A stretch of DNA of 64,000 nucleotides from positions 96,001 to 160,000 of the forward strand of contig JAVZPM010000001.1 in the NCBI GenBank assembly GCA_038881595.1, in the 5' to 3' direction. A model generated the notes under the pieces. That model did no database searches. It worked only from the letters and a program-made list of their open reading frames with translations, and had not been told where the DNA came from. Source of the DNA: Candidatus Micrarchaeia archaeon. Lineage in GTDB: Archaea; Micrarchaeota; Micrarchaeia; CABMEP01. The translations under genes were made by a program, and so were the position numbers. Below are positions 50,724-59,595 of the stretch, one piece after another. Each line of letters begins with the position of its first letter. Position 1 is the first letter of the stretch.

Positions 50724-51911
50724 TTAAATTAACTTAGACAATCCTGCTATATCTATATCTCCACCAAGGAATGAAGAAAATTCCTTTATGAATACTAATA
50801 GTGAATAAATTGAAATTATAAATGGAACAAACATCCACATGGATAAGAAAGCCATATTATCTAGAAAACCGTTAGGAAGAATTGAACTAAAGAAAATATA
50901 AGATATAAAGTCAGTACTAACCTCCTGTCCTCCTATATTTCCTTTAATATTTACAATCATGTTGAATAAATTTATTGAAAATTGAGCAACTTTTTTCGCT
51001 GAATCGATTATATTTGTGTAGCTAGATTTGCTTGAAAGCCATTCAACCTGATTTTCTTGAATACCTGAATCTAAACTTGGAAGATGAGTGACAAATCCGC
51101 TATCATCAGATAAATATATTACATTAGAATTTGGATTTGGTGAAACAATTGAAAAAGAAAGCAATAGCAAGAAAGGATAAACAAAAAACGAACCAATTGC
51201 TATGCTTAATAATAAACCACCTACACCTCTTAATAAAGATATGGAACGAAGTGCTATCCCTGCAATCAAAAACATTGGAAATATTGCGACTGAAGTGAAT
51301 ATTAGGAAAAGTTGATTTACTTTTATTAGTATAAGTAGATTCGTTCCAAAAGTAATGAAGTTTTTATAGATATCTAATATGGGAGTTAATCCGGAAAAAG
51401 GAGAAACCTGAAAACCCAATAATTGCATCTTTAAAGATGAAATCACACTAAGCCAACCTATAGTACTAATCTTGTTTCCTAAATAGAAACGAATAATGTC
51501 ATAATATTGACCTAATAATGAATTAGCCACCTCTATATGACAATATCCTTGCTTACATTCTTTTTGAACATATTCGAATCTTACTCCGCTTTGCGATCTT
51601 ATTGATTCTGCAGTTATTTCTAATGTGTTAAATGTACAGCTATCACCACTGCATTGAAAATCTAGATTAGGTACAATTAAAGGAATTAGATTTAATGTGA
51701 TATTATTAATTATAGCTAGAAATATGAATAAAGACCCTACTATAAGAGCTGATGCAAAAACCTGATATATCTCATTTTGAGCCCATTTCTTAAAATTATC
51801 GTTGTCTAAGGCTCTTGCAACCATGTATATTAGAGAAATGAGTACAAGAGTAATAAATAAGATTAAAACTGCAATAGGAATCCACCATTCAAATAATATT
51901 TCAAACACCAT
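50724..51911 (-). CDS. CedA/VirB6-like membrane protein, paralogue 3
   Basis: WAQNEIYQ; GIALRSISLLRGVGG...FFVYP; LGGD...LSKLI. Confidence 0.65.
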   Translation of the reverse strand: MVFEILFEWWIPIAVLILFITLVLISLIYMVARALDNDNFKKWAQNEIYQVFASALIVGSLFIFLAIINNITLNLIPLIVPNLDFQCSGDSCTFNTLEITAESIRSQSGVRFEYVQKECKQGYCHIEVANSLLGQYYDIIRFYLGNKISTIGWLSVISSLKMQLLGFQVSPFSGLTPILDIYKNFITFGTNLLILIKVNQLFLIFTSVAIFPMFLIAGIALRSISLLRGVGGLLLSIAIGSFFVYPFLLLLSFSIVSPNPNSNVIYLSDDSGFVTHLPSLDSGIQENQVEWLSSKSSYTNIIDSAKKVAQFSINLFNMIVNIKGNIGGQEVSTDFISYIFFSSILPNGFLDNMAFLSMWMFVPFIISIYSLLVFIKEFSSFLGGDIDIAGLSKLI

Positions 51912-51930
51912 TTAATCACATCAAATTATC

Positions 51931-52851
51931 TTATTTTATTTCGGAAAGAAACGTCGCGAATGAAGATATAAATGCGATTGTTATAGTAAGATTAAGTGCT
52001 GGAAGCACAAGTGCTTGAGGGAATAATAATGAAAATTCATCAAAATACTTAAATATATTGATGATGTCAGATGACAACTTAAATGTTTCAATTGGATTAA
52101 CTTGAACTGAAACTAGTTCATCAAAGCCAGGTTCGATTATCTTATATACAGAATAATTCATAACATACATAAGTGGAAATACAACATAAAGGCCGAATGC
52201 AAAAGCTATCAAATAAGAACCTCCTTTTCTTAACCCTGGAACTGCTCTTAAAATCATTCCTATTGGAAGTATTAAAGTCAAAGCAAACGCCTCTGCTAAC
52301 TGGATGAACACCATCTGTGCCTGTAAACTTCCTATTAATATTTGAAATATTCCTGTAAATATACCAAGCATCTTACTAAGTGGTTTCAATATGGCTGCTG
52401 GCTTGACCTTTACCTCTGCTTGTTCTAACAATTTAGAAGATTTACCTACTTTGAACTTGCTTTCAACAGAAGATATTGAATCCAAAATAAGAGAAGAAGT
52501 CCAAACTCTTTGTATGGCTGGTATTCCTTTCTTATAAATAAGTGTATTAAGGTAATCATATGATGCTGAAAATTGATCCCCATAACCTATTACATCTTTA
52601 ACTACATATGGAGTAACTTGACATACAATTGAAGAAAGGCCAGCGACACCTATTACTATTAAAAATGAAATGAAAAATTCTGAGAGTTCTTTCTTTGCCA
52701 AAGACTCGAGCTCACTTTTTGTAAGTATTCTTCCTAAAGCATAAAGAAAAGCGATCAATGAGATTGCAAGTGCTGACGCTGCCCCTATATATGTCCATAC
52801 ATCAAATACAGCTTGACAAGTACTTACAACCATTAAATCCCTCATACTCAA
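51931..52851 (-). CDS. CedA/VirB6-like membrane protein, paralogue 2 (minimal)
   Basis: LAKKELSE; LPIGMILRAVPGLRKGG...YVVFP. Confidence 0.65.
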   Translation of the reverse strand: MSMRDLMVVSTCQAVFDVWTYIGAASALAISLIAFLYALGRILTKSELESLAKKELSEFFISFLIVIGVAGLSSIVCQVTPYVVKDVIGYGDQFSASYDYLNTLIYKKGIPAIQRVWTSSLILDSISSVESKFKVGKSSKLLEQAEVKVKPAAILKPLSKMLGIFTGIFQILIGSLQAQMVFIQLAEAFALTLILPIGMILRAVPGLRKGGSYLIAFAFGLYVVFPLMYVMNYSVYKIIEPGFDELVSVQVNPIETFKLSSDIINIFKYFDEFSLLFPQALVLPALNLTITIAFISSFATFLSEIK

Positions 52852-54518
52852 ATCAATCTACCTAATTCAATTATCTTTGTTTCTCCACCTAATGTCGTTG
52901 ATATAGATCTAAATGTAGAGATTGTCACAAATATAATTACTATAAAAACAAATATCGTAAATACATATGGGAATAGGATATTTGGAAGCACATCTGTTAA
53001 GCCATAAAATGCCATTCCTGCAGCATATGGAGTAGCAAGATAATTTGTTACAGTATAACCAGTTATCTGACTAACTGCTCTTGCTGCGCCTTCTATTCCT
53101 CCAATACTTGCAGTTACAGCTAGATTCAAATATGAAATGTCATTAATTGGTGATTCCCCTGCTGTTCCCTTTAACTTGCACCATAAACTCGACCACAAGT
53201 TTTCTTGACATGGATCTCCTAAATAAAATCTAACCTCTTCTGAAACAATTCTCACTTCACTCTCTCTTATTTGCTTAGTAACTAATATTATTGAATGAAC
53301 ATTATTGTTTGGAAATATGTTTTCATTATTTAATAAATATTCAATACTTCCAGATGAATTGATCTCTCCTTTCTGAATCTTTCTATAACACTTTGAAATC
53401 TCCATTGTTTCCTCTCTACATGGCTCATCTGGACCTGGACATAGTGGATAGGTTGTTTTTTCAGTAATTTTCCAATACATATAACCTTCTGGAGGAGGTT
53501 CTGGATTTTGAGAATTTCTTGATTCATAAATTAAACCTACTTCATTACATGAAACATCTCCCCAAATTGAGTAATTTAAAGGTGTGAAAACCTCCCAAAG
53601 AAATCTATCTGACTGATTTAAATAATATCTTCCTGCATCTGGTAAAAGCCTGAAGAATGGGATTGAAACTCTTTCAAGCCTATAATCTAATTGTCCTATA
53701 GACATTGCAGCTTTTGTATCCTCATACATCTTAGATGCAAATGCTAATGTCAATGGATATACTATAAATAATGTTAGTGACAATGCAATTAAAGTTGAGC
53801 CTGCTTTTCTAGTAAGTGGAAATGCACGAAGAAGAACCCCTGTTGGAAGGATAACTGGAAGCGCTGTATATTGTATGAAAAATAGAAGCTCCTTCTGTAC
53901 AAAGAATGCTAATAGGAATGGCACTAATCCAGATAGAATATTTGAAATAATGTCTGCGATCATGCTGAATGGTGCACCTAGACTTAATCCTAATTTAAGA
54001 CCTGTGACTGCTTTTGCAAGATTGGCTATTCCAAAACCACCAAGACCACCAAATATCGCACCAACTCCACCTGTCGTGAGTCCGACAATTGACCCGACCA
54101 TCGTTAGAAGCCAGGATAGTATTTTTGATAGATCTATCGAAAGTGTGCTTGCCCCAGTATAAACTATATTAAGTCCAAAAAGATAACTGTATGCATATGT
54201 CAGATCATCCTCAACCTTATCTAAAAAACTTTTTGCCAAAAAGAAAGGATCACTGCCTGCATAGGCGATTGTTATCGATGTAATTGTCATAAGCAATGGA
54301 ACTGTTAAAACTAAAATTAATGCAGTAACTATAAATTCACTTAATTCTTTTCTTGCCCATCCTTTCAATTCATTAGACTGGAACGCAGAAGAGAGCATCC
54401 AAGCCAAAGCACTTAAAGCTGCGGATAGAAGGAGTGCTATAATTGAAGTTGCAAACCAATCAGTGGTAAAAACCGTCCTTATTGATTGATCAATCATTTC
54501 CTGCAAAGTTATTACCAT
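52848..54518 (-). CDS. CedA/VirB6-like membrane protein with Gly-zipper and large loop domain, paralogue 1
   Basis: WARKELSE; LPTGVLLRAFPLTRKAG...FIVYP; LGGE...LGRLI. Confidence 0.65.
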   Translation of the reverse strand: MVITLQEMIDQSIRTVFTTDWFATSIIALLLSAALSALAWMLSSAFQSNELKGWARKELSEFIVTALILVLTVPLLMTITSITIAYAGSDPFFLAKSFLDKVEDDLTYAYSYLFGLNIVYTGASTLSIDLSKILSWLLTMVGSIVGLTTGGVGAIFGGLGGFGIANLAKAVTGLKLGLSLGAPFSMIADIISNILSGLVPFLLAFFVQKELLFFIQYTALPVILPTGVLLRAFPLTRKAGSTLIALSLTLFIVYPLTLAFASKMYEDTKAAMSIGQLDYRLERVSIPFFRLLPDAGRYYLNQSDRFLWEVFTPLNYSIWGDVSCNEVGLIYESRNSQNPEPPPEGYMYWKITEKTTYPLCPGPDEPCREETMEISKCYRKIQKGEINSSGSIEYLLNNENIFPNNNVHSIILVTKQIRESEVRIVSEEVRFYLGDPCQENLWSSLWCKLKGTAGESPINDISYLNLAVTASIGGIEGAARAVSQITGYTVTNYLATPYAAGMAFYGLTDVLPNILFPYVFTIFVFIVIIFVTISTFRSISTTLGGETKIIELGRLI

Positions 54519-54668
54519 TATATCACATATTAAGTGCTATTGATAATTACATTTTATACATTAGTAAAATAGAATTAAATTAATTTCTATTTATATGTAA
54601 AAGTAGAAATAAACAGGATTGCGAGAAAGTATTAAAAATTAAATGGAATATTAAATTAAGGTGAACAT

Positions 54669-55109
54669 ATGGCTGGAATGTACAAAATAAAAAGAGATGT
54701 AAAAAAAGATGCAAAAAAAGAGGTTAGAAAAAGACTCGATATTCTGAAGTCAGTTCTCACATTAATTAAAGGAAAGATAACCCCTGCTGAATATACACAT
54801 GTGAAAAGATTGATGGCAGATGGAGTTGAAAGAGATGTGGTATTTGTACAAGGTTTATCAACAGGAATAGAATTAGCTGCATTAAATGCAGATGATATAA
54901 AGATTATAATAAAAATATTCAAGAATGCAAAGAATAGAGGAAAGGATGGTAAACCTATCTTTGAAGATAAAGAAATAAAAACAATTGATGAGATATTAGA
55001 ACATAGATTTCCTTTAATTACTAGAAGGAAAATGATTGCTATAATAAAAAGAGCAGATAATCTTCTCATTGATAGTTTAATAGGAACACTGGAAAAATTG
55101 GTTAAATAA
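54669..55109 (+). CDS. Hypothetical basic protein
   Basis: 146 aa, GGTGA RBS, divergent from the CedA-like block. Confidence 0.7.
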   Translation: MAGMYKIKRDVKKDAKKEVRKRLDILKSVLTLIKGKITPAEYTHVKRLMADGVERDVVFVQGLSTGIELAALNADDIKIIIKIFKNAKNRGKDGKPIFEDKEIKTIDEILEHRFPLITRRKMIAIIKRADNLLIDSLIGTLEKLVK

Positions 55110-55111
55110 TA

Positions 55112-56104
55112 TTATTTTATTTTTGAGAAATCAATAAATCTATTTTTTTCTGCTTCTTTATCTCTTGACAAAAGAACAACTCTGGAATCTTTGTGCTCAT
55201 CTGTTACTATATAACTTGTTTCTTTTGCTAATTTTTCTGCAAACTCTCTTATCTCTTCCATATACGGCATACCTGGCAAACCTATTCTTCTTCTTGAGAA
55301 CCCAACCGCCATGTATGCCTTTACCTCTACGTAATGAGGTTGTGCGATCTTTATCAATTCTGCATATTTTTCAGGATATTTTAGATTTAGTCCTTTTATT
55401 AAAGTCATCCTTATAACTGTTCTCGTATATTTTCCTGCCTCTTTTAACAATTTCAAAGATGTAAGATATCTATCCCATCCATCTTTATTCTTAGGTCTCA
55501 TAATCTTTTCAAAACTCTCCTTATCATATCCGCCCATTGAAAGATATAACTGTGTTGGGAAATATTTCTCATCAACCATTTTCTTAATTGCGCCCGGAAC
55601 GCTTCCTGCAGTTACAATAAAAGTACTCATTCCTCTTTTATGGAACTCAGAAAGAAGATCTTTTAACTTTGGATAGGATATGGGTTCACCAAGCACGCTT
55701 AATGCAACATGTTTAGGATTTTGTGCTTCTTTCCAAAGCTCTTTGTTTACATTATAGTGTCCTCCAATTCCAGAAAGCAGTTTTCGCTGTGCCTCAATCA
55801 TCTGATCTATTATCTCTTTAGGCTCATCCCATTTATCTATTTTATCTAAAGATATTGAATCTGTATCTGCTTCAACTTCGCTTGGTTGGGCCCTCCAGCA
55901 GAATATGCATTGATTAAAACAGAAAGGAGTGGTTGTACATTGCAAGCATTGATTGCTTCTTATTCCATAAAACTTATTCTTATAGCACCATTGATTTTTT
56001 GTCATTGAAGACTGGGTGTAATGGCATATCTTTACGAGTGAATGTGTTCCTGCAAATCTGTATTTCTGCTTTTTGAGTAACGACTTTAGTTTGTCTGAAA
56101 TCAT
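55112..56104 (-). CDS. taw1: 4-demethylwyosine synthase Taw1/TYW1 (radical SAM)
   Basis: HSLVKICHY, CYKNKFYGI, CFNQCIFCWR and YVEVKAYM motifs. Confidence 0.93.
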   Translation of the reverse strand: MISDKLKSLLKKQKYRFAGTHSLVKICHYTQSSMTKNQWCYKNKFYGIRSNQCLQCTTTPFCFNQCIFCWRAQPSEVEADTDSISLDKIDKWDEPKEIIDQMIEAQRKLLSGIGGHYNVNKELWKEAQNPKHVALSVLGEPISYPKLKDLLSEFHKRGMSTFIVTAGSVPGAIKKMVDEKYFPTQLYLSMGGYDKESFEKIMRPKNKDGWDRYLTSLKLLKEAGKYTRTVIRMTLIKGLNLKYPEKYAELIKIAQPHYVEVKAYMAVGFSRRRIGLPGMPYMEEIREFAEKLAKETSYIVTDEHKDSRVVLLSRDKEAEKNRFIDFSKIK

Positions 56105-56179
56105 AATAATCACTAGAATGAGCAAGAATAATAAGATTAGTGTATTCAAATTTAAATAATTATCTGCAGAAAAAGATGT

Positions 56180-56584
56180 ATGCATGAAATTATAATCAAA
56201 TCTGAAAGAAAAAATGAAATAATAAATATAACTAAAGAAGTAGAAGAAATTGTAAAGAAGGAATCAAAAGAAAAGAAGATAGATGAAGGAATTTGTCTTG
56301 TTTATGTCCCACATGCAACTGCAGCATTAACCATCAATGAAAATTGGGATCCTTCTGTATGTGATGATTTTATTGATTTTTTATCTAAAATCATCCCAGA
56401 AGGAAAGTGGAGACATGATAAAGTAGATGGAAATGGGGCTGCACATATAAAATCTGCAATTATAGGTCCTAGTGTTACTATACCTTTCAAAAATGGTAAA
56501 CTTCTTTTAGGAACATGGCAGGGTATAATGCTGTGTGAATTTGATGGACCTAGAGAAAGAAAAGTTATAGTACTCTGCAAATAA
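56180..56584 (+). CDS. YjbQ/UPF0047 family protein (second paralogue)
   Basis: PHATAA, NGAAHIKS and LGTWQ...EFDGPR motifs. Confidence 0.93.
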   Translation: MHEIIIKSERKNEIINITKEVEEIVKKESKEKKIDEGICLVYVPHATAALTINENWDPSVCDDFIDFLSKIIPEGKWRHDKVDGNGAAHIKSAIIGPSVTIPFKNGKLLLGTWQGIMLCEFDGPRERKVIVLCK

Positions 56585-56593
56585 TTTATAGAA

Positions 56594-57067
56594 TTATGAT
56601 TTTATTCTCTCTTTAAGTATTTTATATGCTTTTCTAAGCAGGTTCTTGTTTGTATCGTGAGTAAGAAGTCTTAATGCTTCTTTATAGCTTACCCACCTGT
56701 ATTCATCGTGTTCAAGGACGGCGTTTCCTTTTATAGATACAGGGCCGTTATATTCAACCAAAAAGGATTGAAATTCCATTTTTGTATATTTGTATTTTTT
56801 AACATAATCTTTTGGTGTCTTAAATTCAAGCTTAAAGGGTAATGGAATTATAGTTCCTAACTTCTTCTGATCTGCATGAATCTCTTCTCTTAATTCTCTC
56901 ATTAGATTATGCATTGGTCTTTCTCTTCCAATTCTTCCCCCTTTCAGCATTTCCCATCCATTCCATCTTTTAATTCTATGAAGAAGCAAAAATTCTGGTT
57001 CTTTGTCTTTCAGTCTGAAAACTATAGCGCTTATTCCTTTTCTTATTTTTTCCTTACTCTCAACCAT
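56594..57067 (-). CDS. NUDIX hydrolase
   Basis: WEMLKGG-x4-E-x7-RELREE Nudix box and EH-x-EYRWV. Confidence 0.88.
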   Translation of the reverse strand: MVESKEKIRKGISAIVFRLKDKEPEFLLLHRIKRWNGWEMLKGGRIGRERPMHNLMRELREEIHADQKKLGTIIPLPFKLEFKTPKDYVKKYKYTKMEFQSFLVEYNGPVSIKGNAVLEHDEYRWVSYKEALRLLTHDTNKNLLRKAYKILKERIKS

Positions 57068-57118
57068 AAATAAAGTATTAAAAGAATCTTATTTAAACCT
57101 AACTTGATATAATTACTT

Positions 57119-58264
57119 ATGCCAATAACTATTTTCCTTGAAGATGGAAAGTTTAAAGTAAAAAATCCTGAAGACTATGAAGCATTAAGAAGATCTTATT
57201 ACGGGGAAAAGGGTAAAGGAGAAATAATTATAACACCAGAAGAAGCAATGTATCTAATAGAGGTTAGAAATGCTGTTTGCATAGAGAATGGAAAGGAAAT
57301 CAGTTTCTCGCAGATAGCAGATAGGTTCAACAAAGAAAAGATGTTTGCAGAATACATGACATTCCGTGATTGGAGAGAAAGGGGACTAATCATTAAAAAA
57401 TACAAGAAAGAAGGCAAATATGAGAAAAATCCCACTGTAAAATATCCAAGCAAGGAAACAAAATTCCCAAAAATTCAGGCTGAAGCAATATTCTTCAAAG
57501 ACGATAAAATGGCAATATTGGAAAATGAAGAGATTGGGAAAGAGCTCTATAATAATTACTGGATAGGGCAGTATGGTTCATACAAAGCAGAAGGAAGAGG
57601 AAAGTTTCTAAAGTTAGACAAGTTTGAGACATATTTCCTTGTTAAGAATTGTGGACTGAAGCTGATTAATTTAACTGAAAAGGAATTGGAAAAAATATTG
57701 AAGGAAGAAAATGATTTCGAATCAATGTATAACGTTTATGAAGATTGGAGAATGAATGGATTTGTAGTTAAGACAGGATTCAAGTTCGGAACTCATTTTA
57801 GGATATATTTCCCTGGTGCATTACCGGGAAAAGGGAAAGATTGGACTCATTCAAAGCATGTTCTCCATGTATTTCCAAGAGAAAAAAGAATGATAATTGC
57901 TGAGTGGGCAAGGGCAATAAGAGTTGCACATGGAGTAAGAAAAACCTTCATACTTGCAATACCTGGAAAGAAAACAAAATTAGAAAAAGGAATGATAAGT
58001 TTCTTATTATACCATAGAAAGAATAATAATATTGAAACACCTGAAAAAGATAGTCCCTCCTTTGCGCTTGTACCTCTTAGCGAGGATGAAATGATCGGAG
58101 GGAATGAACTCGCATCTGCGATAGAAGAAGCAAAGGAGATTGGATTAGATGTCATGCTTGGAATAGTAGATAGAGAAACTTCTGTCACCTATTATAGAGT
58201 TAAAAGAATTAACTTGCCTAAAAGCAAGTATGAATACTATGAAATAGAATGGGTACAGCCATAA
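57119..58264 (+). CDS. endA: tRNA splicing endonuclease, epsilon2 (ARMAN-type)-like
   Basis: 381 aa with multiple EndA units; KTGFKFGTHFRIY...HSKH...RVAHGVRK catalytic unit; WIGQYGSYK loop. Confidence 0.9.
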   Translation: MPITIFLEDGKFKVKNPEDYEALRRSYYGEKGKGEIIITPEEAMYLIEVRNAVCIENGKEISFSQIADRFNKEKMFAEYMTFRDWRERGLIIKKYKKEGKYEKNPTVKYPSKETKFPKIQAEAIFFKDDKMAILENEEIGKELYNNYWIGQYGSYKAEGRGKFLKLDKFETYFLVKNCGLKLINLTEKELEKILKEENDFESMYNVYEDWRMNGFVVKTGFKFGTHFRIYFPGALPGKGKDWTHSKHVLHVFPREKRMIIAEWARAIRVAHGVRKTFILAIPGKKTKLEKGMISFLLYHRKNNNIETPEKDSPSFALVPLSEDEMIGGNELASAIEEAKEIGLDVMLGIVDRETSVTYYRVKRINLPKSKYEYYEIEWVQP

Positions 58265-58283
58265 ATTAATATTAAGTGATAAG

Positions 58284-59591
58284 ATGAACATTGGAGAAGG
58301 AATAAGAAAAGCACTTGCAAAGATAACTGGAAAAGCGATAATAGATGAGAGTGCTGTCAAGTCAATGATAAAAGAGATACAAAGAGCGCTTATACTTTCA
58401 GATGTGAATATAGAGTTAGTGTACAAGCTTTCAAAGCAGATAGAAAATCGTTCTCTTCATGAAAAACCTCCTGCTGGAAGAAGCATGAGCGAACACATCC
58501 ATGCAATTGTTTACGAAGAACTTACAAAGATTATGGGGGAAGGAAGAAAGCTCGAACTAAAACCTCAAAAGATAATGATGTGTGGATTGTTCGGGTCGGG
58601 AAAAACTACGCAGATAGGAAAGGTTGCTTATTATTTGAAGCAGAGAGGAATGAGTGTTGGTGTGATTGCTGCAGATATGATGAGACCTGCGGCATATGAA
58701 CAGCTTGAACAGCTTTCAAAGCAGGTAGGCTGCAACTTTTATGGAAGAAAGGGGGAAGGTGTCAAGGCTAAGGATGTTGTCAAAGAAGGCCTAGAAAAGC
58801 TAAAGAATGATGTTATAATAATAGATACATCTGGAAGAGATGCGCTTGATGACGAATTAATAGCTGAATTAAGAGAAATAAATGAAATTGCAAAACCTGA
58901 TGAGAGGATACTTGTAATATCTGCTGACATAGGACAGGTTGCAAAGAAACAGGCTGAAGAATTCAATAATGCAGTTGGACTAACTGGAGTTATAATAACA
59001 AAAATGGATGGAAGCGGAAAGGGTGGTGGAGCGCTTACAGCGTGCGCAACTGCTGGCGTGAAAGTTATATTCATAGGTGTGGGAGAAAAAATAGGAGACA
59101 TAGAGGAATTCAACCCATCTAAATTTGTAGGAAGGCTTTTAGGTGTGCCTGACTTCGAGGCTTTGATTGAAAAAATTAAAGCTGCAGTACCTGAAGGCAT
59201 GGAAGAAATTCCAGAAGAATTTACTATTGAAACTTTCTACAAGCAATTAAAAGCTGCAAGAAATATGGGGCCTTTAAAAGGACTATTTGAGACGATAGGG
59301 ATAGTTAATGTACCTAAAGAAGTTCTTGAACAGGGAGAGCAAAAAATGAACCAATATGAATCAATTATAGATTCAATGACCAAAGCTGAAAGGAAGAATC
59401 CAGATCTAGTTAGAAAAAGTCCTTCAAGAATAGAAAGAATTTCAAAAGGTTCAGGTGTACCTGCTTCTGTTGTAAAGGAATTTATAACACAATTTGGCAA
59501 GATGAAAAAAATGTATGAACAGTTACAGAAGAATAAAGGTATGCAAAGAAACCTACAAAGACTATTCAAAGAAAAAGGATTCGGTTTCTAA
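58284..59591 (+). CDS. srp54: Signal recognition particle protein SRP54
   Basis: GLFGSGKTT, DTSGR, TKMDG-x2-KGGGA and M-domain IIDSMT-x2-ER motifs. Confidence 0.96.
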   Translation: MNIGEGIRKALAKITGKAIIDESAVKSMIKEIQRALILSDVNIELVYKLSKQIENRSLHEKPPAGRSMSEHIHAIVYEELTKIMGEGRKLELKPQKIMMCGLFGSGKTTQIGKVAYYLKQRGMSVGVIAADMMRPAAYEQLEQLSKQVGCNFYGRKGEGVKAKDVVKEGLEKLKNDVIIIDTSGRDALDDELIAELREINEIAKPDERILVISADIGQVAKKQAEEFNNAVGLTGVIITKMDGSGKGGGALTACATAGVKVIFIGVGEKIGDIEEFNPSKFVGRLLGVPDFEALIEKIKAAVPEGMEEIPEEFTIETFYKQLKAARNMGPLKGLFETIGIVNVPKEVLEQGEQKMNQYESIIDSMTKAERKNPDLVRKSPSRIERISKGSGVPASVVKEFITQFGKMKKMYEQLQKNKGMQRNLQRLFKEKGFGF

Positions 59592-59595
59592 TTAA

